From Candidatus Woesearchaeota archaeon (lineage in GTDB: Archaea > Nanobdellota > Nanobdellia > Woesearchaeales > UBA10216), in the NCBI GenBank assembly GCA_016180105.1, contig JACPBZ010000005.1:1-42545 (forward strand): a DNA stretch of 42,545 bases, read 5' to 3'. A program made the position numbers and the translations under genes. Shown in pieces: positions 38,325 through 42,545 of the stretch (position 1 is its first letter; each line of letters starts with the position of its first letter). The notes beneath the pieces were generated by a model that saw nothing but the letters and a program-made list of their open reading frames with translations, was not told the origin of the DNA and searched no databases.

Positions 38325-38639
38325 ATGACTAATGGCTTGAAACTTTCAAAGCACGATCGTTATGTCGAGGAGCTTTGCGCCAGGATTAAGGGCGATTACG
38401 ACTCTGTTTCCAAGCACGTTACCGTGAGGGCAAAGAAGCGAATGCTCGCTGAGGTTGATGTTTTGGCCAAGAAGGGCGAGTCTGTTGACATTTACGAGGT
38501 CAAGTGCTCTCCCCGCGTTGTCAAGGCGAAGAGGCAGCTCAGGAAGCTCAGCCGCTATCTTGGCGGGAGTATGAACATTGCAAACTATTATTTCTATTGT
38601 GGCAGCTCTCACAGCTTAATGACGATATTTCTCAGGTAG
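38325..38639 (+). CDS. Small PD-(D/E)XK nuclease-fold protein
   Basis: EVDVLAKK...IYEVKC motif; AAGGTG SD. Confidence 0.65.
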   Translation: MTNGLKLSKHDRYVEELCARIKGDYDSVSKHVTVRAKKRMLAEVDVLAKKGESVDIYEVKCSPRVVKAKRQLRKLSRYLGGSMNIANYYFYCGSSHSLMTIFLR

Positions 38640-38844
38640 CCATTGCTGCGATTATCAGGCCAATAAGGATTCCTATTATCAGTCCCAGAAGGAAGTCAAT
38701 GACGCCTCTTGAGAAGAACAGGTGTGCGGTGTGAGGTCTTTCGACTGAAAAGTAGTCAGCGAGGAATTGCCTTGCCGTGGGCATATGCCCAGGCCTTGAG
38801 AGCCTTATCAGAGTTCTGGAGCCAGTTTTAGCCAGTTTAGCCAT
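38632..38844 (-). CDS. Small membrane protein
   Basis: C-terminal TM segment FLLGLIIGILIGLIIAA; AAGGTGA SD. Confidence 0.55.
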   Translation of the reverse strand: MAKLAKTGSRTLIRLSRPGHMPTARQFLADYFSVERPHTAHLFFSRGVIDFLLGLIIGILIGLIIAAMAT

Positions 38845-39287
38845 CTATTCACCTTCTTTTTCCTGATTCTCTTTGCTCCCTTGAGCTTTCTTGTTCGCTT
38901 ATTAACTTTTCTCTTTTGGGCAGCTGTCTTGGCTTTTCTCTTTACCGCCTTCGCCACGATTTTCGAGGCAGACCTCAAGGCAACCGCTTTCCTTGTCGTG
39001 CTCCCGATTGCCTGCGACTGCGCCCTTGCTATTGCGCTTTCGATTTCCTGCCTGGCGGCTAGCGCGTTTTGCACGTGCTTCCCGATGACTGCTGCTGCCG
39101 CGGCTGGAGTCCTTGCCTTCAATATCTCATCAGCCAGCTCAGTGTCCTGGTAGATGTTTCTTATCCAGCTGTGGAAGTCGTTGCTCAGGCTGTGGACTTT
39201 GTGATGAAACGCATAGTGCTCCCTAATCCTTTTCGAAGTAGTCTCTTGTTTTGATTTTCCCACGCTATTTGCCTCTTTTTCCCCCAA
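38808..39287 (-). CDS. DUF5752-like protein with a Lys/Arg-rich tail (start uncertain)
   Basis: NDFHSWIRNIYQDTELADEI motif and a highly basic C-terminus. Confidence 0.5.
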   Translation of the reverse strand: MGEKEANSVGKSKQETTSKRIREHYAFHHKVHSLSNDFHSWIRNIYQDTELADEILKARTPAAAAAVIGKHVQNALAARQEIESAIARAQSQAIGSTTRKAVALRSASKIVAKAVKRKAKTAAQKRKVNKRTRKLKGAKRIRKKKVNRWLNWLKLAPEL

Positions 39288-39295
39288 GGCCCGAA

Positions 39296-40993
39296 TTATT
39301 TCTTATCCTGGATGAACACCAAAGTGACCAGCTTCACTGGCACGCCAGCGTAGACAACAGGCTTTTCCGTCTTGATGACTTGCGATGCGGGAACATTCAC
39401 CGTTGCCTTCAGCTTCCCATACGGCGCACCCTCGCAGCACACCACAGCCCTGTTTCCGGGAAGGTCAGTGAGGCCGAAAGTGTCATCACAGGCTTGCCTC
39501 GTCTCCTCGCTGAAGAACCAGCAAAGGCCCTTTCCGTGGCAGTTTGACTCGCAAACGTTTGTGCCTACCTTGATGCAGTCGTCCTTGCATTCGCCTGAAG
39601 AGTGAACCAGTACAAAGTTAACAGTCGCAACCCCGCCATCAGGAACCAAGATGCTATTTTCTGTCCTGGCATCATAATCCGACTTGGCAGCAACAATATC
39701 ATAAGTGGTTGAAGGCACATTGTCAATCCTGTAAAAGCCTGTTCCATTGGTGGTTGCCGTGAATGCCGTGCCGAGAATCCTGACCAGGGAGCCCACGACT
39801 GGGCAACCTTCAGCCGGGCACGGTCCCTGGCTGTCAAAAGTGCTCACGTTCCTCACGTAGCCTTCTATGCTTCCTGAAGTGCCAAACCACTCTCCCGGGT
39901 CGCACACTTCCAAACCAGAACTTCCGCCAACGTTAGTGTAAGAGTCATACTTCCCGCCAGTCTGGATGTCAGCCCTCGACAAAGGCTTCGCGTGGCAACT
40001 GCTCAGGGCAACATTCCACGCGCACTTCGGATCATTCTCGCAAGGCGTTTGCTGCTTATTATCACAAACAATCTCAATAGAGGCAGTCTCGGCAGTTATG
40101 GCCACATCAACATCATAGTAGCACTTGTCATTATAAACACAATCCGACGACAGGTCACAACACGCATTATCGTTCAGGTCAGTTAAGCACGCCCCTCCTG
40201 AGCACTCCCTCCACCTGTAAGCTTCGCCGGCATCGTCTCCGCAGCAGGCGCCTCCTGCAACTTCGCCGCCAACACTCCACTTTCCACTGCCCACTGCGCT
40301 GTTGCAGCTTGCTGCTGAGGAGTCGCCGTCGTAGTACTGGCACTGGCTGTTGCACACTCCAGAGAGAACAAATCCGCCGGCAGAGACTTCATCGCACTGG
40401 CTGGCTGCGCCGCAGCTCGCCTCGCACTTCCCGCCGCCGTAACCTGGTGTTGGCTGTGTCTGGACGTCATTGGCGTCGCAGCTCACGCAAACGTTGCTCG
40501 TCGCATCGCACGTGGTTCCTCCGCAGCAGCCGCCCCCTCCGCCGCACGGGTTTCCCGCGGGCTGGCAGTTGACGCACGTTCCGCCGCTGCAGCCCCAGCC
40601 GCTCGGGTTGCATCTGGCACCGTCGCCGGCTGTCGCGCACGTCTTGCACTGCCCACCGTTGCAGAAGTTGGAGCCTGTGCACCCGGCAGGTTGGGAGCCA
40701 TCTGCCAGGTTACTGATTCCGCAGCCGCCTCCTCCACTCCAAGTCTGGCACACGCCAGGACTGGAAGAGCACGGGCGGCATTGAAAGTTGTAGCACTCCT
40801 CGCCTGCAAGGCAGAGAGGGTCACCAACATCTCCACACGTGCGCTTGCCAACATCAAAAGGTCCGGAAGTATACCATCCCTGTGCTGAAGCCTGCAAGCT
40901 AAACAGCACAGCCAAAAGCAATGCAATAAACAGCAACCGCAGCTTCACTAGTTTCACTTCCCTCTTTTTTAGGTGCTTATGCAGCCTTGTCAT
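39296..40993 (-). CDS. Secreted Cys/Gly-rich protein with a carboxypeptidase-regulatory-like domain
   Basis: Signal peptide ending QASA, dozens of Cys, and ATTNGTGFYRIDNVPSTTYDIVAAKSDY. Confidence 0.75.
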   Translation of the reverse strand: MTRLHKHLKKREVKLVKLRLLFIALLLAVLFSLQASAQGWYTSGPFDVGKRTCGDVGDPLCLAGEECYNFQCRPCSSSPGVCQTWSGGGGCGISNLADGSQPAGCTGSNFCNGGQCKTCATAGDGARCNPSGWGCSGGTCVNCQPAGNPCGGGGGCCGGTTCDATSNVCVSCDANDVQTQPTPGYGGGKCEASCGAASQCDEVSAGGFVLSGVCNSQCQYYDGDSSAASCNSAVGSGKWSVGGEVAGGACCGDDAGEAYRWRECSGGACLTDLNDNACCDLSSDCVYNDKCYYDVDVAITAETASIEIVCDNKQQTPCENDPKCAWNVALSSCHAKPLSRADIQTGGKYDSYTNVGGSSGLEVCDPGEWFGTSGSIEGYVRNVSTFDSQGPCPAEGCPVVGSLVRILGTAFTATTNGTGFYRIDNVPSTTYDIVAAKSDYDARTENSILVPDGGVATVNFVLVHSSGECKDDCIKVGTNVCESNCHGKGLCWFFSEETRQACDDTFGLTDLPGNRAVVCCEGAPYGKLKATVNVPASQVIKTEKPVVYAGVPVKLVTLVFIQDKK

Positions 40994-41101
40994 ATAAATA
41001 GGTTTTGGAAGGCTTCGGGGCAATCAGGAAGACAAAAACCAAAAAGCTTATATAATCTAAATACACCAAATAGGTTACACATTGAATCCAAGTGATTACG
41101 A

Positions 41102-41620
41102 ATGATTATTTGCGATAGTTCATCGTTGATTTTGCTCGCGAAAATAAGCAGGTTGGAAATCGCGCATAGCTTGTTCGGAACGATTTTGATTCCAAGAGCT
41201 GTTTATGATGAAGCTGTAGTCAGGGGCAAGGAGGAGCGCTACACCGATGCGTTCCTGATTGATAAGCAGGTAGGCGGGCTAGTAATGGTAAGAGAGCTCG
41301 ATAAGGCGCATATGGAAAAGGCTGAAAGCCTTAAAGCAGTCATTGGCAGAGGCGAAGCAGAAGCAATAGCGCTGTGCGCGCAGGAAAAGCAAAAAATTTT
41401 GCTCACGGACGATTTGGAGTCTGTCAGGATTGCAGAGTTGCACGGGATAAAGTGCAGGACGACGTTGGGGGTGCTGTACGAAGCCCTCAAGAAAGGGCTT
41501 CTGCAGCTAAAGGATTATGAGTCTGCCCTGAAGGATTTTTCCAGGAACGCGTGGGTTTCGGCCGAGGTCGTTGCGGAATTTTGGCAGGTGGGACAAAGGT
41601 TAAAGGGTGATAAGAGATGA
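41102..41620 (+). CDS. DUF3368-like PIN-domain protein
   Basis: ICDSSSLILLAKI, IPRAVYDE, GRGEAEAIAL and LLTDD. Confidence 0.85.
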   Translation: MIICDSSSLILLAKISRLEIAHSLFGTILIPRAVYDEAVVRGKEERYTDAFLIDKQVGGLVMVRELDKAHMEKAESLKAVIGRGEAEAIALCAQEKQKILLTDDLESVRIAELHGIKCRTTLGVLYEALKKGLLQLKDYESALKDFSRNAWVSAEVVAEFWQVGQRLKGDKR

Positions 41621-41925
41621 AACAGCAAAGGGTAAGCTTGACTTTGCCAAAAAAATTATTGGAAGAAGCGGAAAAAATGGCAGCGCAAAAATTTGAAGAC
41701 AGGTCAACAGCAATAAGGGAACTGCTGGCAATAGGAATAGCCAGTTACAAGGAAAATGAAGCGGTAAAAAACTATGCCGAAGGTAAGCTGTCACTCGGCA
41801 AAGCGGCAGAACTGGCAGGAGTTTCAACGTGGCGCTTAATAGACCTTCTAAGAGAAAAAAAAGTTCCATTGAGGTACGATCTTGATAAGCTAAGAGAAGA
41901 AATTAAAGCCTTAGTCGCCACTTAA
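41617..41925 (+). CDS. UPF0175-family antitoxin with an N-terminal RHH
   Basis: RVSLTLP, DRSTAIRELL and LSLGKAAELAGVS. Confidence 0.85.
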   Translation: MKQQRVSLTLPKKLLEEAEKMAAQKFEDRSTAIRELLAIGIASYKENEAVKNYAEGKLSLGKAAELAGVSTWRLIDLLREKKVPLRYDLDKLREEIKALVAT

Positions 41926-42130
41926 GCAAAAGCGCATTTTGATCTTGCCTCAGAAAACACTGAAATTCTCGTAAAGCGCGAGTTACAACAAAGTAGCAGT
42001 AGCAACAGGCAACTCAGTAGCAGTCGGAGTGGCAACATAAGCCGCACTCGTCGGGGTGGGAGTGTAAGTTACAATAACATTAGGAGATTGGCACGCAGCA
42101 GTTTAAGCGACATTTTAAGAAAAAACCAAG

Positions 42131-42526
42131 TTAGTTTTGCAAAACAGGCCTAGGACCAGAGTAATTCAAATCACGATTCATATACTGATTTCCATTCAAT
42201 GATTGCACACCACTTCCAGTAACAATTACAACAGCATGATCGCCTTTAGGCAACAGGGTTGTGTAAGAGCGTACCCCTACAGCCCTCAACAAAGACGTGA
42301 GCCAACTCTCTGTCATCCCACTGCCAGAGAAACCCACTTCCGCCACAGCCCACACAGGAGGATCCATGCTATTTTGCGGAAAAACAGCAGAATAAGTATC
42401 CGCATTTACCCCAGTCACATGCCTCAAGTTCTGCACAGCCCACGCTTTCAAGCCCTCAACCATCTCCACCTCACTCGGAACAGGCTTGCTCTTCCAGCCA
42501 GGACCCTGAACAATCGCCCTCGCCAA
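42131..42526 (-). CDS. Hypothetical protein (start uncertain, near the window edge)
   Basis: 131-aa ORF with no recognised motif. Confidence 0.45.
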   Translation of the reverse strand: MARAIVQGPGWKSKPVPSEVEMVEGLKAWAVQNLRHVTGVNADTYSAVFPQNSMDPPVWAVAEVGFSGSGMTESWLTSLLRAVGVRSYTTLLPKGDHAVVIVTGSGVQSLNGNQYMNRDLNYSGPRPVLQN

Positions 42527-42545
42527 AGTGTAAGAGCTGACAAAG

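Noticed and set aside
41981-42100. Pro/Thr-rich lipoprotein-like fragment (AACQSPNVIVTYTPTPT) on the minus strand
   Set aside because: No in-frame start; at most a remnant.
1-42545. CRISPR arrays, IS elements, integrases, rRNA or tRNA genes, and the many antisense ORFs in the track
   Set aside because: No spaced repeats, transposase or integrase motifs, or cloverleafs were seen; the antisense ORFs are shadows of well-supported genes.

Overview
Gene-dense archaeal chromosomal segment. Cdc6/Orc1, ABCE1, archaeal DnaG, PINA ATPase, archease, RIO kinase, TATA-type promoters and pilin-like genes suggest a DPANN lineage such as Woesearchaeota (inference). It holds a fructose-6-P/hexosamine operon (glmS, HAD, transaldolase, NagB-IMPase fusion, yvcK, glmU-like), housekeeping genes (serS, sua5/tsaC, ftsZ, rnhA, alpha-glucan phosphorylase), three PIN-type toxin-antitoxin pairs, secreted proteins and several small ORFs missed by the ORF track. 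The main discovery is in rtcB, the tRNA-splicing ligase gene, which looks like a frameshifted pseudogene. It is instead interrupted by two tiny insertions (31 and 32 nt), each folding into a canonical bulge-helix-bulge splice motif. Removing them at the standard endonuclease cut positions restores both catalytic motifs and gives a 473-aa RtcB, so the ligase appears to be needed to splice its own mRNA. Other observations: an ABCE1 lacking three ligands of one Fe-S cluster, candidate structured RNAs (before glmS, before dnaG, after ftsZ), a tandem-duplication scar with unrelated cargo genes, shared promoter motifs and a deletion-decayed ridA. All family calls come from motif recognition by eye; no database searches were run.
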